From the NCBI GenBank assembly GCA_030265395.1, contig JARFYF010000104.1, forward strand, positions 78,226,436-78,290,435: DNA of 64,000 bases, given 5' to 3'. The notes under the pieces were generated by a model, which was not told where the DNA came from, did not search any database, and was given only the letters and a program-made list of their open reading frames with translations. Source of the stretch: Rhina ancylostomus (Eukaryota). Both the position numbers and the translations under genes were made by a program. Positions 48,776 to 61,690 of this stretch are shown in pieces; the stretch's first letter is position 1, and the number at the start of each line of letters is the position of its first letter.

Positions 48776-51589
48776 AGTCAAGGAGCAATGTGGCACAGAT
48801 ACAGGCCGATTGGCCCAATCAGTCCATGCCAACCACATTGTCCACCTAGCTGGTTCCAATTTCCTGCGTTCGGCCCATATCCCTCCACCTCTATAAGATC
48901 ATCCCTCAGTCTCCTATGTTTCAATGAATAAAATCCTTGCCTGCTCAACCTCTCACTACAATTCAGTCCTCTGAGTCCTGGCAAAACCCTTGCAAATCTT
49001 TTCTTCATTCTTTCCAGCTTAATGGCATCTCTCTTATGGCAGGGTGACCATAACTGAACACAATATTCCAAATGCAGCACTCATCACCTCTTCTTATGAC
49101 TCAAGACCTCCAACGTCCTTGTGAAACCCTCTGCATCCTCTCTACCTTAATCAAATCTTTCCTGTAGTATAGCAACCAGAACTGCATGCAACATTTCACG
49201 TGTGGCCTAACCAATGTTTTGTACAACTGTAGCATGACATCCCAATTCTCATAGCATGGCTACAGAATGGAAACAGACCAACTTGTCCATACTGACCAAA
49301 ATGCATATTTATATTAATCCCATTGGCTGACATTTGCCGCATATCCCTTTAAACCTTTCCTATCCATAAACCCATCCAAAGATCTTTTAATATCTTGTAA
49401 TTGTACCCAGCTCTACCATCTTCCTCTGGCAGCTCATTCCATTTACCATCACCGTCTTTATGAAAAACTTGTTCTTCAGATACCCTTTAAATTGTTCCCC
49501 TCTTACAAACCTATGCTTTCTAGATTTAGATTCCCGGGGCTATCACTATCTACCTTTATCTATGCCCATATGATTTTATAAACCTCTATATGGTCATCCT
49601 GCAGCTTCCTCTGTTCCAGGGAAAACTGTCCCACCCTATCCAGTCTCTATAAACAAAGCCGTCCAGTCCAGGAAACATTCCTGTGAATCTTTCCTGCTCC
49701 CTCTCCACCTTAATCACATCTTTTCTATAGCATGATGAACCAGAATTGCACACAGTACTCCAGGTGTGGCTTAACCAACAATTTGTCCAACTGTAACATG
49801 ATCTCTCAACTCCTATTCTCAATGCCTTAGCCAGTGAAGGCAAGTATACTGCATGTCTTCTTCACCACCCTGTCTACCTGTGTTGCCACTTTCATGGAAT
49901 TATGTAATTGTACCCCAAGGTTCGAAACACTCCCCAGGGCCCTGCCATTCACTGTGCAAGTCCTGGCCTGGTTTAACTTCCCAAAATGCATCATTTCACA
50001 CTTGTCAGAGTTAAATTCCATCTGCCAATATGTTGGGTATTAGAGAGGCAGAGATAAAAAATACCTAGATATAGGCTATACATCCCACTGCTAGAACTGT
50101 TGCCTAATAAAGTAACCACAATAAATGCTTATTATCCACTGACTTTGTACTTGTACTTGTACTTCCACAGATCTGTGTACTTGTGAGTTGGCTGTGCCTT
50201 ACTGTGATTATTGGTAAACATTGCGCATTCCAGAGTCCTCGCCTGTGTTTGTCTAATGAATTCTGTCTTCCATGAGATGGACTGTATTTGATGTCTTGTG
50301 TTTGCCAGTAGTGAAATATCAATAATTGGTGTGGCGAGAGCCAGGGTCAGGAACCTGGGCCAGTTTTTTGTGTTTGTTACCACATTTATTCGTCACAGAC
50401 ATACGAAATTACATCTACCATACACTTTATTTCTATAAATGTAACAACCCAAGTTCTGTAAGCACCAGTGATACTAGCTATATCAATATGCTAGCATTAC
50501 AGCCTGGATGGAGGTCAGGAAGGTGGTTAAGTTTGCAGCCAGAGATGAGATTGGTAATGTGGGTGGTTATACTAGCAATTCTGTTGGTTGCTGCTTCACT
50601 GGTAGCCACCAGATGCCAGCTACTGTTGATAGTGAAGTTAGTCAATCTCTTCATTGTAAGGCTACAGTAAATCAAAGACAAACCACACTTATTTTGACAA
50701 GCTAAAACATAAGTTGTCATATCCATGGAGGGGTTGACTGCTGTCTGTCATTGCAGCCTTAGTACTATTGCTGGCAGCCTTAGAGCTATCTGCATTTTTG
50801 TCATCTGTGGGAAGTCTCTGTACCTATTCCTTGCAGAAAACAAGGACTTGGTGTATACCCAATACGTCAACTATTTTTCCCTCCCTGATGATGACACATT
50901 CACCCCAAATTACTTATGTAAAGACTGATGTGCCCAATAACTATGATCACACCCAAGTGCTACAACATGAATAGCAGCAAGATGAGATACTACAGTATTC
51001 CTGAAACTTGCATCAAGTGCTAAAAAAGCTTAAAGATAAAAGTCATCTGAATGGCAACTAGGTACTCTGTGGTGAGCTACAGGGAGGGCATCAGTCAGCC
51101 AACATGCAAGAAAGATGAGGCTGCACATTGAGCAAAACTGAAAAAGGTACCCTAAAGTAGGTGTAAATAGATAGCATTGTATCTGTTGTATTTGCCAAGG
51201 ACATCTGGAAGCAGAATTTGTCCTTCAACATCAATCCCACCAAGAAACAACTGTGGTTGATGGGCATTTTTGTTGCTGCCCAGGAGAAAAACCAGTTTAA
51301 CATTTTGTGTATAAACCATTCAACAAAATCGCTTTTGGTAAGGCTTCAACTTTTAGGATTAATTAATCTACTCTTCCATATCTCTACATCCTCAATCAAT
51401 TTGCATGTACTCTCATTTATTCTCCTACTTCTACATTTTTTTATTTCCACAGTGTGCATTAGTGCGCATTAGGACGTTTTTGTTTGATATCTGCAGCATT
51501 TTCTCCAATTTTCTGCTTTCTGTGTGCATGAGAAAGAACTTCCAAGAAGCTGCATGTCTATTCATTGGAGGTTAGGTTCAAATCTTTCT

Positions 51590-51930
51590 CAGTTATTTGT
51601 TTTTTGGGATGTGGACATCACTGATAAAACTGGCTTTTACTGCCCATCCCTAACTGCCCTTGGAAAGAAGATGATAAGTCATCTTCTTGAACTGCTGCAG
51701 GCCTTGCCGTGGTAACTCACTGAATTTAGAACCAGTGATAAAGAAATGGCCATATACTCCCAAGAGAAGGTGAAATCTGGAGGGGAATCTGCAGGCGGTG
51801 GCGTTCTCTTGTGCCTACTGCCATTGTTCTTTCTGTTAATAGAGGTCAGAGGTTTGGGAGGTACTCCCTGAGTGGCTCAGTCAAGCAACAAGAGAGCATT
51901 TTGTGGATGGAATGCAAGGGCAGCCACAGC
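51590..51930 (-). mobile_element. Old CR1/L2-group LINE 3' tail
   Basis: GGGATGTGGACATCACTG..TGCCCATCCCTAACTGCCCTTGG...CTTCTTGAACTGCTGCAG. Confidence 0.8.
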
Positions 51931-52097
51931 ATCAGTTAGAAGCCATCCTGTACTCATTTATAACATGCTGTTTTAAATGAAACTGCAATACATAACTCCA
52001 GCATTAGGTGGCAGGACAACTTCATAGTTTCTGGAATTCAAATTAAGACCAAAGACTTTCCTAACAGAAATTTATATGAAATGGAAGGCATTATTAT

Positions 52098-52330
52098 AAA
52101 GCAAAAAAACTGCAGACGGTGGAAATCTGAAAATGCTGGAAATACTCAATAGGTGAGGCAGCATTTCTGTAGACAGAAGCAGAATTAACAATTTCCCATA
52201 ATGAAGAAAATCAAGCATGCATTAAGTTGCAGAAGGGGGAAGAGTGAAGAGTCCAAAGAGAATATTTGTGACAGGGTGAAGATCAAGAGAGACTGAATGA
52301 CACAAAGGATGATGGTGCTAGCTGGCACAG
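52098..52330 (-). mobile_element. Penelope-like terminal repeat
   Basis: AAACTGCAGACGGTGGAAATCTGAAAATGCTGGAAATACTCAATAGGTGAGGCAGCAT. Confidence 0.75.
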
Positions 52331-52503
52331 GATGGGGAAGGTTTATTAATCATAGTTGATCTGTCTTGAGATGCAAACAGAAAGAGGCAAAAAAACTGAA
52401 CAANNNNNNNNNNNNNNNNNNNNNNNNNNNNNNNNNNNNNNNNNNNNNNNNNNNNNNNNNNNNNNNNNNNNNNNNNNNNNNNNNNNNNNNNNNNNNNNNN
52501 NNN

Positions 52504-52815
52504 TCCCATACCAGATGGTAATGCAGTGTGTCAGGATACTCTCAATGGTTCCTCTATAAAATGTTTTCATGATGGATGGATGGGAGTTCACTTCCCTCAA
52601 TCTCCACAGGAAGTAGAGGTGTTTCTGGGCTTTCTTGATGAGGGCTGTGGTATTGATGGACCAGTTCAGGTCGTCAGCGATGTGCAACCCCAGGAACCTG
52701 GTGCTGCTGACTTGTTCCACCACAGACCCGTTTATGGTCAGTGGGGTGTGCACACAACGACCCTTCCTGAAGTCCACTATCATCTCCTTAGTCTTCTCCA
52801 CATTCAGGGAGAGGT
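52504..52815 (-). mobile_element. Rex1/Babar-type LINE RT fragment
   Basis: ORF EKTKEMIVDFRK...VEQVSSTRFLGLHIADDLNWSINTTALIKKAQKHLYFLWRL...FYRGTIESILTHCITIWYG. Confidence 0.95.
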
Positions 52816-52819
52816 CTTA

Positions 52820-53147
52820 TAATATAATATTATAAGAGACGTGGACAGGGTTGATAGAATTGTTTTACTGAGTAGACATATCAAAAATGGGAGGGCAAAG
52901 CTTTAAGGTGAGAATTAGGAGTTTTAAAAGGAATTGGAAGGGAAAGTTTTTACACAGAGAGATTGATATCTGGAACGCACTGCCAGAGGAGCTGGTGGAA
53001 TCAGATACATTCACTACATTTAAGAGACATTTGAACAGGCAAGTCAACGAAGGAGATTGACATAATGTGGGGAAGTGGAATTAGTGTAGATGGGTAAAAA
53101 GGCCAGCATGGACATGGTGTGCTGAAGGTACGACTCTGTGACTCTAG
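52820..53147 (+). mobile_element. CR1 3' end
   Basis: GGGCAAAGCTTTAAGGTGAGA...TTTTTACACAGAGA..TGGAACGCACTGCCAGAGG...GGCCAGCATGGACATGGTG. Confidence 0.9.
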
Positions 53148-53574
53148 TAATTGAAAAAGAATTTAATCATCAACAGCTAAAGAACGCTACAACCTATGTA
53201 ATAATAAATATTTTAACAACTAGATGTAACTTCACTTAAGGAAAATCTGAGAGGACAATTAGATTACCAAAGTTATCTATACTCTTCTCTGAATTTGGAG
53301 ATAAAATAAAGGATACACAAATATCTCAGATAGAAAAGAGTAAACTCCCCAATCCATCAGCAAACTTCGTTACCGAGGAACTGAGTTTTACTGGGGAATA
53401 AAGTCTCAGTTTCATTTTCTGCACTGTTATATCATCCCATCAGGTTCAGGGAACTCAGATGTTCCAATTTGCCTCAATAGTAAAGAGAAGATATATCATG
53501 ATCCTGTACCTGATCACTGGCCATTGACCAATACTGGAAGCACATGTGTGTTTCCAGAGCAAGTGGGTGTGGAA

Positions 53575-53705
53575 CAGGGGGTTACCTGAAATTGGAGAAT
53601 TCAATATTCATTCTATTGGATTGTTGAGTACCCAGGTGGAATATGAGGGGTTGTTCCTCCACTTTGCACTTGGTCTCACCCTGGCAGTGGAGGAGGCCAA
53701 GGTCA
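53575..53705 (-). mobile_element. Penelope-like element GIY-YIG C-terminal coding fragment
   Basis: The minus strand reads LGLLHCQGETKCKVEEQPLIFHLGTQQSNRMNIEFSNFR*, matching the recalled PLE C-terminus (R.LEE..LIF.LG.L.P.G.N). Confidence 0.82.
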
Positions 53706-56700
53706 GTGATGGTAAAGATACGTGGGGCCAGAGCTCATCTGGATCAAATATAACACTGTTGCAAAATATCTGACCCCATTTTCAGCAGGTGCAAAGCAGT
53801 TTTAGTTGAACAGAATTGATAGATGGCAAACAGAACTTGGAATAGAAACTGAAGTTAATGAATTTGGCTTTCCCACTTTTTGGTTAGAGTACTATTAAAA
53901 AGATATTTAAACAGCTGTGTACCACTAATCATATTGTCTAATAAAGGCAATTCAGGAATCATTGTGAAAACATCCTCTCTCGGCTCTCAATAGCAATCAG
54001 GCAAACACCTAAAACCCCAGCTTGTCCCTTATTTAAACTATCTTAATCCCTCAGAAATACAGTCTTCAACCTTGAGTCAGAGAGGAGGAAGTGCTTCAAA
54101 TTCATCTCTGTCCATTCTGAGTTAACTGCTTAAATTGTGCAGATTTTACCCTCCAGCACATATAATTTAACAAGTGTCGATCAAGATTTAAACCGCTGAT
54201 CATGATGCATTTACCTCNNNNNNNNNNNNNNNNNNNNNNNNNNNNNNNNNNNNNNNNNNNNNNNNNNNNNNNNNNNNNNNNNNNNNNNNNNNNNNTGCTG
54301 AGCTTCACGGGTAAGGCTCATGCATGAAAAATCCCCACTCTGAAGGGTTTCTTGAAGTTGACTATTGCCTAAGGAGTCAAAACATTGTTGGAGCAACTTC
54401 ACCACTCATGCTGGAGTGAGTCAAGAGTGTCCACCAACATCTGTTCATGCTATCAAGTAATGGGGCAACAAGCCCTGGTTGTTGTCATTCACCTATATTT
54501 GAAATAAATATAAAAGGAAATTTGAGAGAATAATTTTATAAAGTATAAACAGATAGTCTTCTCAAGACTAAGGTTTAAATTATTTATAACATATTAAAGA
54601 TTAAACACATACTTGATGGTATTACATATTAATATTCAATGTGGTGAAATTCTTTAGATAAATACTTCCATATTCCACACATGGTGCTTGAGCATATTCT
54701 GCTAGCATGGCTTTATTTATTCAAGTGTGTATGAAGCCCAACTGTTTCTGCTGGGATATGAATTACATCATTGTCTTTTTCAAGCTTGTTACATTAATCA
54801 AAATCTATCCCATCTATTAAGCTGCTAGTTGATGCACAGGGCACTTTACAGCAGAGGCCTTTGAAACTGCTTCTAGGCACTAAAAAGAAAAAGTGTAGGA
54901 GATTCAAGTCAGGTACAAATTGAATTTTGAGCAAGTGTGTGCAGGTTGTTCAGTTACAGCTTATCCCTTGGTGACACGGATAGTGATTGAGGTTGTATTA
55001 GTGGAGGAATTGAAAGCTACAGCATTTTGCAATCATTGGGTAGTTACCATAGCCCTGCCCACCAGTCTCTATGGTAATGCTGATGAGTGTGACCTTTCCA
55101 AAAATGCACAAAGCCTTGATTTCTAGGCAGTTAACCTTTAGAAGCAGGAACCCTCCTGTGAAAACTTACTACAACAGAGAGATGCATTACAAACACCTCC
55201 TTCAAAAGCCTGCACTGAAGTGCAGTACAGTAGCTAAAGAAAAGTGACAGATTCCAATTAAAATGTGTCATATGCAGCATTAAAATTAAAACGCTGCATT
55301 CTGTGTGTATATTACTACATTTGTATATTTGATTTTTCATTGATATCTAAGGAGGAAAATGTATAGTAATATTTTTTAAAAAGAAAGGGAATAGTTAATT
55401 ATACATTTTATTGGTATTTATTTACACCTATAAGCACCATATTTACTGAAATCAGTAATCACCATACTTTAAGATTGAATATCAACTTGACAGAACATAC
55501 GTGATTTCATTTGCAAGTAATCCTTATAGGTTTATAACTGTGTGATTAATGAAATAACAAGTCAAGGGCACACGTGTAAAATTTGTTTAATGAATTTTTT
55601 TTCAAACCCATAGAAGAAAATGAAACATGGCTCATTTTTGTAGCAAAATCACTTCAAAAACATTTACAAGAAGGAATCATTTTTTGACAGATTCAAACCA
55701 ATTTCCCCGAACATTCCTTTTAATCAGTTTTCTGTTTGGATTGGCCTAAGTTTCCCTGTGCAAAATGAACTAGATTCAAAATGTTTCCTGTAGTGGTCAA
55801 GTTCTGATGAATTGATATGGATTAGTTGTCTTGAGAACATGAATGCAGAAAAAATGTCCAATTTATTTTAAAAACTGAATTTTATCTCAGTTTTTTTAAA
55901 ACTATCTATGGAGCCTGTTTAGCTCTGCATGTTTCCAAGTAAAGTTGCCTTGCATTAGGCTGTAATTGTTTAAAATCATTCAACAATGACCTTCATTGTT
56001 TTGAAATGTCTAGAATTAATTAATTTAAGCTGCTGAAGCTCAGTCGGTAATACACTTACTCTTGACGTGTTTGTGAAAGGCTGTTCTAAATTGAACTGTT
56101 TTCTTATGAGCTCATGTGCTGCCAGAATTCTAATTGGTACAAATGTGTGTTTTATTATATTACTTCTGTAATTAATACAGTACAATGCAATTAAGCCACA
56201 AATGAACAATATTTTATTTATTCTTATTGAGGCTATTCTTTTGCACAAACTGTTCAAAGAGTTTTTATTTTGTTGGACGTTGTGTTAGGAAGCTGTATTT
56301 ATAATTTTTCAATTGTCATTTGGAGTGAATGAGACCATGGAAAATTTTTCCCTTCCACTTTTTTCCCTTGCTTTTCTGGAAGGACTAAGTTATCAATTCT
56401 ATATTTATGGAATCTGCAATCCTTGAAAGTATCTCCCAAAAGAGCCTGAACAATGTGGCTTGGCAAATTTTCAACAACCAGTGAGTTATTGCAGAATCTA
56501 TCCTATCCACATTATACTGCCCATGTTTGAACAGGTTTCACAGGATAGTGATCAGGAACCCAACCTACGACCTGTTTATTTTCTTCCATGCACAGGGTTG
56601 TTAATTTTATTAGCTTTATTGTCAGCTTACAATGTTAAGACTTGCAAATGAACCTTCAACTTTCCTGGACTGTGTGTCTAAAGTCTATGCTAAACTGTGG

Positions 56701-57199
56701 ACTTGCCAACTGAAATATTGGCATGCATTTATATTAGGAATCTTGTAGAGCTTAACTTACATTTCTTCATAAATTTTCACCTCTAGATTAGATAGGAACA
56801 GGTAGGCAAGGTGAATTCAGTCAACTATTTTCCACTTATTTTGTTCTCATGCTTTCAATTGTTTCTTTGCATTTTAATGATTTTTATATTAAAAATGTTG
56901 ACATCATTTTTATTTTTATAAATTATTTCTTAATGTCTATGAACGTCTAAAACTGTGCTTTGACAGGAGACAAGGTTTCATCACCACCCTTGTCTACAGC
57001 CAGGCTGTCTGGGCATTCCAGTGGTGGAACTGAGGCCTTGCTACACATTGCTGAACATATCGCAGGTGGGATTTGGGGGTCAGCTTGTTTGCCCTCCACT
57101 TCCTACCCAGCTAAGTGTGGTGGGTGGTGAGTTCCAATGGTGGGCTAAATTCAGCCCATCAGATTCCTCACATACTAATCGCTTTCTCTATTGGTAAAT

Positions 57200-57900
57200 A
57201 CCGATTCAACATATCTACGTTTCCTTATTTTCAGTTTTCAGGGGCCTACATTTTTCCTGATCTCCCTCATTTTACCTACAAATATTTGTCTTTATTTTGA
57301 TAACACTTACCTTCCTTTTCATGCTCCCTTACCTCTAAAGATTTTGTCACCTTTTGCACTCTTTGTATTCCTTCCACTTTGCTAGATCTGGATTAACTTC
57401 TGAACTTTTATGTGTTTCGTTTTCTTCAAATTTTATGTTGTTCCCTTCAATAGCCAACTAAACCTTTTGCCTCTTAGGAGAATAATCTGATCCTTTATCA
57501 CCTAAAATTATTATTTTTTGAATGCTTCTGACTGAAGTGTCATTTTACCAATTAACAAGTTAGTGCAGACAGTTGCTGTTTCATTGCATTGAAGTCAATG
57601 CTACCTAAATCTTAGTGATGGCTTTGTGCTTCTTCCTTTTGAAAAATACAATGAACTGAATCACATTGATATGAGATATATATTCATGTACAGTAAGTCT
57701 AAGATGGCTTGATCTTTTGTGGTTCCATAATGCAATGCTAGAGAAAATATCTTCAATACACATTTCTGACATTAGCTAGTCTGTTTATCTCAAAATATAA
57801 GAATGTTAAAATCCCCCCTTAAAATCACCCTGACATTGATACAACTTATCTCAACATTTGTACATTCAGTGCTTCAGTGCTCCTCTGCCTGTTACAATTC
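57200..57900 (-). mobile_element. Heavily decayed CR1 endonuclease-region fragment
   Basis: ATGTTAAAATCCCCCTTAAAATCAC is the reverse of a VILxGDFN motif; the surrounding similarity is weak. Confidence 0.4.
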
Positions 57901-58009
57901 CCACTACCTATTCTTAAATTTTTTTCTGTACCTTAATTCTACTCGAGATTCTCCATTGCCTGTTACTTCCTTCTCTTCATTACAGTGATTTCATCATCAA
58001 GCAGCAAAA

Positions 58010-58950
58010 GTTCACCAGATTCCCGGGATGGTGGGTTTGTTATATGAGGTGGATTAACCAAACTGGGCCTATACTCTCTTGAGTTTTGAATAATGAGATG
58101 TGATCTTATACAAAATTCTGACAAGACTTGACAAACCATTGAAAGCATCCTATCTGGATGCATCACAGCTTAGAATGGCAATTGCTCTGCTGAAGATCAC
58201 AAGAAACTGCAGAGCTTTGTGGACACAGCTCAGTCCAGCACAAAAAAACAGCCTCCCCTCCAGGGACACTGTATACACTTCACGCTGCCTCGGGAAAGAA
58301 GTCAGCATAAGTAAGACTCCTCTCACCCCAGTCATTCTCTCTTCTCCTGCTCCTCCATCAGGCAGAAGACACAAAAGCTTGAAACATGCTCCACCGGGCT
58401 CAAGGACAGCTTTTATCCCACTGTGTGGCCCTTGCACCTTATTGTCTATCTGTACTGCACTTTCTCTGTAATTTTAACACTATATTCTGCATTCTGCTAT
58501 TGCTTTTCCCTTTGTACTACCTCGATGTACTTGTGTCTTAAAATGATCCCTATGGATGGCATGCAAAACAAAGCTTTTCACTGCATCTGAGTACATGTGA
58601 CAATAATAAATCAATTACCTAACTAGATGGGGATATTAATCCTCCTGCCCTTCTGTCACAGTTTTAAAATAAGGTGTTGGCCTTTCAGGATGGAGATGAG
58701 AATTATTTTTTCACCCAGAAGGAAGTGAATCTCTGGAATTGTCTATCCAAAAGGGCTCCAGAGTCTCAGTCATTGGGTGTACTCAAGACAGAATTTTATT
58801 GATTTTCAGATAGCTTTTTAGGGAATCAAAAGGTATGAGATTAGTGCAAAAGAGTGGTTCTGACTTAAAGTATCAACTATAATCTTATTAATTGGAGGAG
58901 CAGGCATCAAGGGCTAAATATTATTATATGAACATAAATGTTCTTATGGT
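58010..58950 (+). mobile_element. CR1 3' part split by a Rex1 insertion
   Basis: Left part: TTCACCAGAT..CCCGGGATG...GATCTTATACAAAATTCTGACAAGACTTGAC. Right part: CTAGATG...TTTTTCACCCAGAAGGAAGTGAATCTCTGGAATT...TCTTATG. Confidence 0.85.
58135..58620 (+). mobile_element. Rex1/Babar-type LINE 3' part
   Basis: CATTGAAAGCATCCTATCTGGATGCATCACAGCT (IESILSGCITA); tail TTTTCACTGCATCTGAGTACATGTGACAATAATAAA. Confidence 0.92.
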
Positions 58951-59134
58951 TCTAAACTACCAAAGCTACACNNNNNNNNNNNNNNNNNNNNNNNNNNNNN
59001 NNNNNNNNNNNNNNNNNNNNNNNNNNNNNNNNNNNNNNNNNNNNNNNNNNNNNNNNNNNNNNNNNNNNNNNGCTACACATAGCCCTCTACCATTTTCCCC
59101 ACATAAACCTTATAAAACTGGTATAACTGGTATA

Positions 59135-59680
59135 CATGCAGTCCCTGGGCTATGCAAGGGTTCTGTTCCTGAGAACTGTCCATAAAACCATTTTTCTGCA
59201 AGTCAGAAACTAACATTTTTGATGAAGGTCGATTAACATGAACATGCATTTATTATCTTCCCGTGTGGTTACAGTGGTACAGAATCAGAAAGTCCCACAT
59301 CCAATGGCTAATTCTAATGGCCTTAAAGTATCAGTGGATGTTTCATTGTTTGCTAAGCTATTTCACAAGTGTCAATAGAAGAGATTTTCCTTGTCAGTTT
59401 CCAAAGCAAATCACTTAAGTGGCCTTTTGCTGTGAACTGGCAGCTGAATTCTTAATAACAATGTATCTGTTTGGTTATTGCAGGGAGGTTACACATAAAC
59501 AGGTTTTTAATACTGGTTGCTTTTGAATTAACTAGCTTGCTACTCCTATTCCATTAACTCCTGAGGATGTTTATATTTCTCTAACTAACTTCATTGAAAA
59601 ATATTTTGAAAATTTATGGGACAATTTGCGTAAAGTTGGATTTCCATAGGTCAGATTTTCCATAACCTGGGGAGGCCCTG
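59135..59680. mobile_element. Tc1/mariner-superfamily (Tigger/pogo-type) MITE
   Basis: TA|CATGCAGTCCCTGGGCTATG ... CATAACCTGGGGAGGCCCTG|TA: imperfect ~20-bp terminal inverted repeats, TA flanks and no ORF. Confidence 0.75.
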
Positions 59681-60699
59681 TATTTATTTCTTACTCCCAA
59701 CCATTATCGTGGTACAGAGCAAAGTGAGATAGTAATGCAGTAGTTAAAAGAAGAAATGTAGAATGGTTGGTCATTAAAACATAATTAATCTGAAGCTGAT
59801 GTGTGTTCAGTGTTTGATTAAATAACATAAGTGGAAGGATTTGTGAGGAAAGTGGAAAAAGCATAGTGCTCAAGGTGAAGATCTTTTTGTGGACTGTTTG
59901 GAAAAGATATAATAGTCACTTTTAATGCAATAGACATATTTACAAAGAGTAGAGCTTCTATAGAAATGCATTCATGGCCAGTAACAGACCTTCTTCGACA
60001 GCCTCAATAGGCAGCTTCTACTGCCTTTTTTATAGTTGTCTCCTTCTTTTAGAAGTGTCAGGATGTAGCTTCTGTATAAAGTTAATTTGTATCAATTATG
60101 ATGCTTAAAATTGTCACCAAGCAGTACTGAAGAACTGCTCTCTCTATCCATCCTGCCATCCATAATGTGTTTGGGTACTCTGGCAATTACATTATACTTG
60201 TATCGTAATTTCCAGACATGAAACAAGTATTGTGTGTTCAGACTACAGAGGATGGACTCGAGGAGCAAAGAGCCACTGAAATTTATATTTCTATATCTAG
60301 TAATGACAGTACAATGAAGATGTCTGGAGAGCTGAGATTCAAATAAAGATGAGTGAAGTAGTGCTGATAATTGTAAATAAGCTGGACATTCAGGAAGTGA
60401 AATTCTCTCTTTTTCATGAGTTGTAGTACCATATTTCATGAGACACAACAACAATGTTCAAGTGAAATCTGTACCCTAGTATCTTACAGAATCCTGCTGC
60501 TCAATATACTGTAGTTGCATGGATCTCTAATGTTGCTAGCTGACCACACATAAGAAGGTAAAATTACGTGTTTGATCAACTGGGTACTGGTCACATGGAT
60601 GACATATTCAGAGACAGATGTTTCCTTCTGTTCCCAACAGGAGCTTGGAATGATTCCAAAGTACAACAGATAAGGCTTGTTGTGAATGGTCAGAGTCAT

Positions 60700-61290
60700 G
60701 CAAGTTTGATCGCAAGTCAGTCTTAACCACATTGCATTGCCCCTGTCTCTGCCAAGTCATCTCCCCTGCTGCTAAGACGTCCTCATCCATGGCTTTGTTA
60801 CCTCTCGATTTGACTGCCCCAGTTCCCCCATAGTCAACACTGTGCAAACTTGTTATCCAAAACTCTGCTGTCTGTATCCTTTCTCACACCAAGTCCCATT
60901 CACCCATTATCCCTATGCCCAATGAATGCTTCAGATCTTGGTTCCAAAAGGCCCCAATATTACAATCTCATCCTTATTTTCAAATCATTGATGACCCATC
61001 CCCAACATGTCTCTGCAACATTTCCAGCCCTGCATTGCTCTGATATATATGCCCTCCTCGAATTTTGAACTCATAGTATCCTGAATTTTAATTGCTCCAT
61101 CATTGACGGCAGTGCCATCATCTGCCAAGCTCTGTCATTTTTCATTTTCTGTCTTTCTCCCATTCCTCCTTTAAGATGCTCCCTAGAGACTTCTTTGGAT
61201 AAGTTTTAGTCACCTGCCTTAACACCTATTTCTCTGGCTTAGTATCTAGTTTTTCTTTGATAAACATAGTTGAAACGGTTCTGTAGTTAC
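60700..61290 (+). mobile_element. L2 LINE 3' part
   Basis: GCTGCTAAGACGTCCTCATCCATGGCTTTGTTACCTCTCGATTTGAC...ATCCAAAACTCTGCTG...TCCTCCTTTAAGATGCTCC. Confidence 0.85.
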
Positions 61291-61559
61291 AAGTTATTGT
61301 TGTTGCGGTTCTTGTAAAGCAGTAGTTCCACAGGGCATTGATTCTCTGACAGTGCATGCTTCTGCTTGTCTGGTATGTATATATTGGGTTATCTGATGTA
61401 ACATGTTTCAGGTTGAACCTCACCTATCCTCTGGTTATAGTTATCTTCCTCTTCCACACAGTTCTGCACAGTATAAACAGTATCACAAAAAGAGCCACGA
61501 ATGGTTCCAAATCCCTTCTGTCCATACCACAAGCTACACCAGGTCCCTTTCACCCATCC

Positions 61560-61690
61560 CTCTCTGACCTAAATGAGCCCCTGGCTCCCCAGCACTTCAC
61601 TTTTGATATTCTCATTGTCATGTTTAAATCACTTCATGATAGAACCCACCTCTGTCTCTATAACATCCTCAAAGCCTGTCACAATGTTGA
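61560..61690 (+). mobile_element. Short L2 fragment
   Basis: CTCTGACCTAAATG...ATTCTCATTGTCATGTTTAAATCACTTCATG...TCTCTATAACATCCTC. Confidence 0.6.

Larger units (their letters stand above)
48438..50030 (-). mobile_element. Cluster of several tandem CR1 3' fragments
   Basis: ORFs HLEYCVQLWSPCHKRDAIKLER..., MEFNSDKCEMMHFGKLNQARTCTVNGRALGS... and YRKDVIKVEREQERFTGMFPGL; repeated CATAG tails near 48442 and 49250. Confidence 0.92.
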
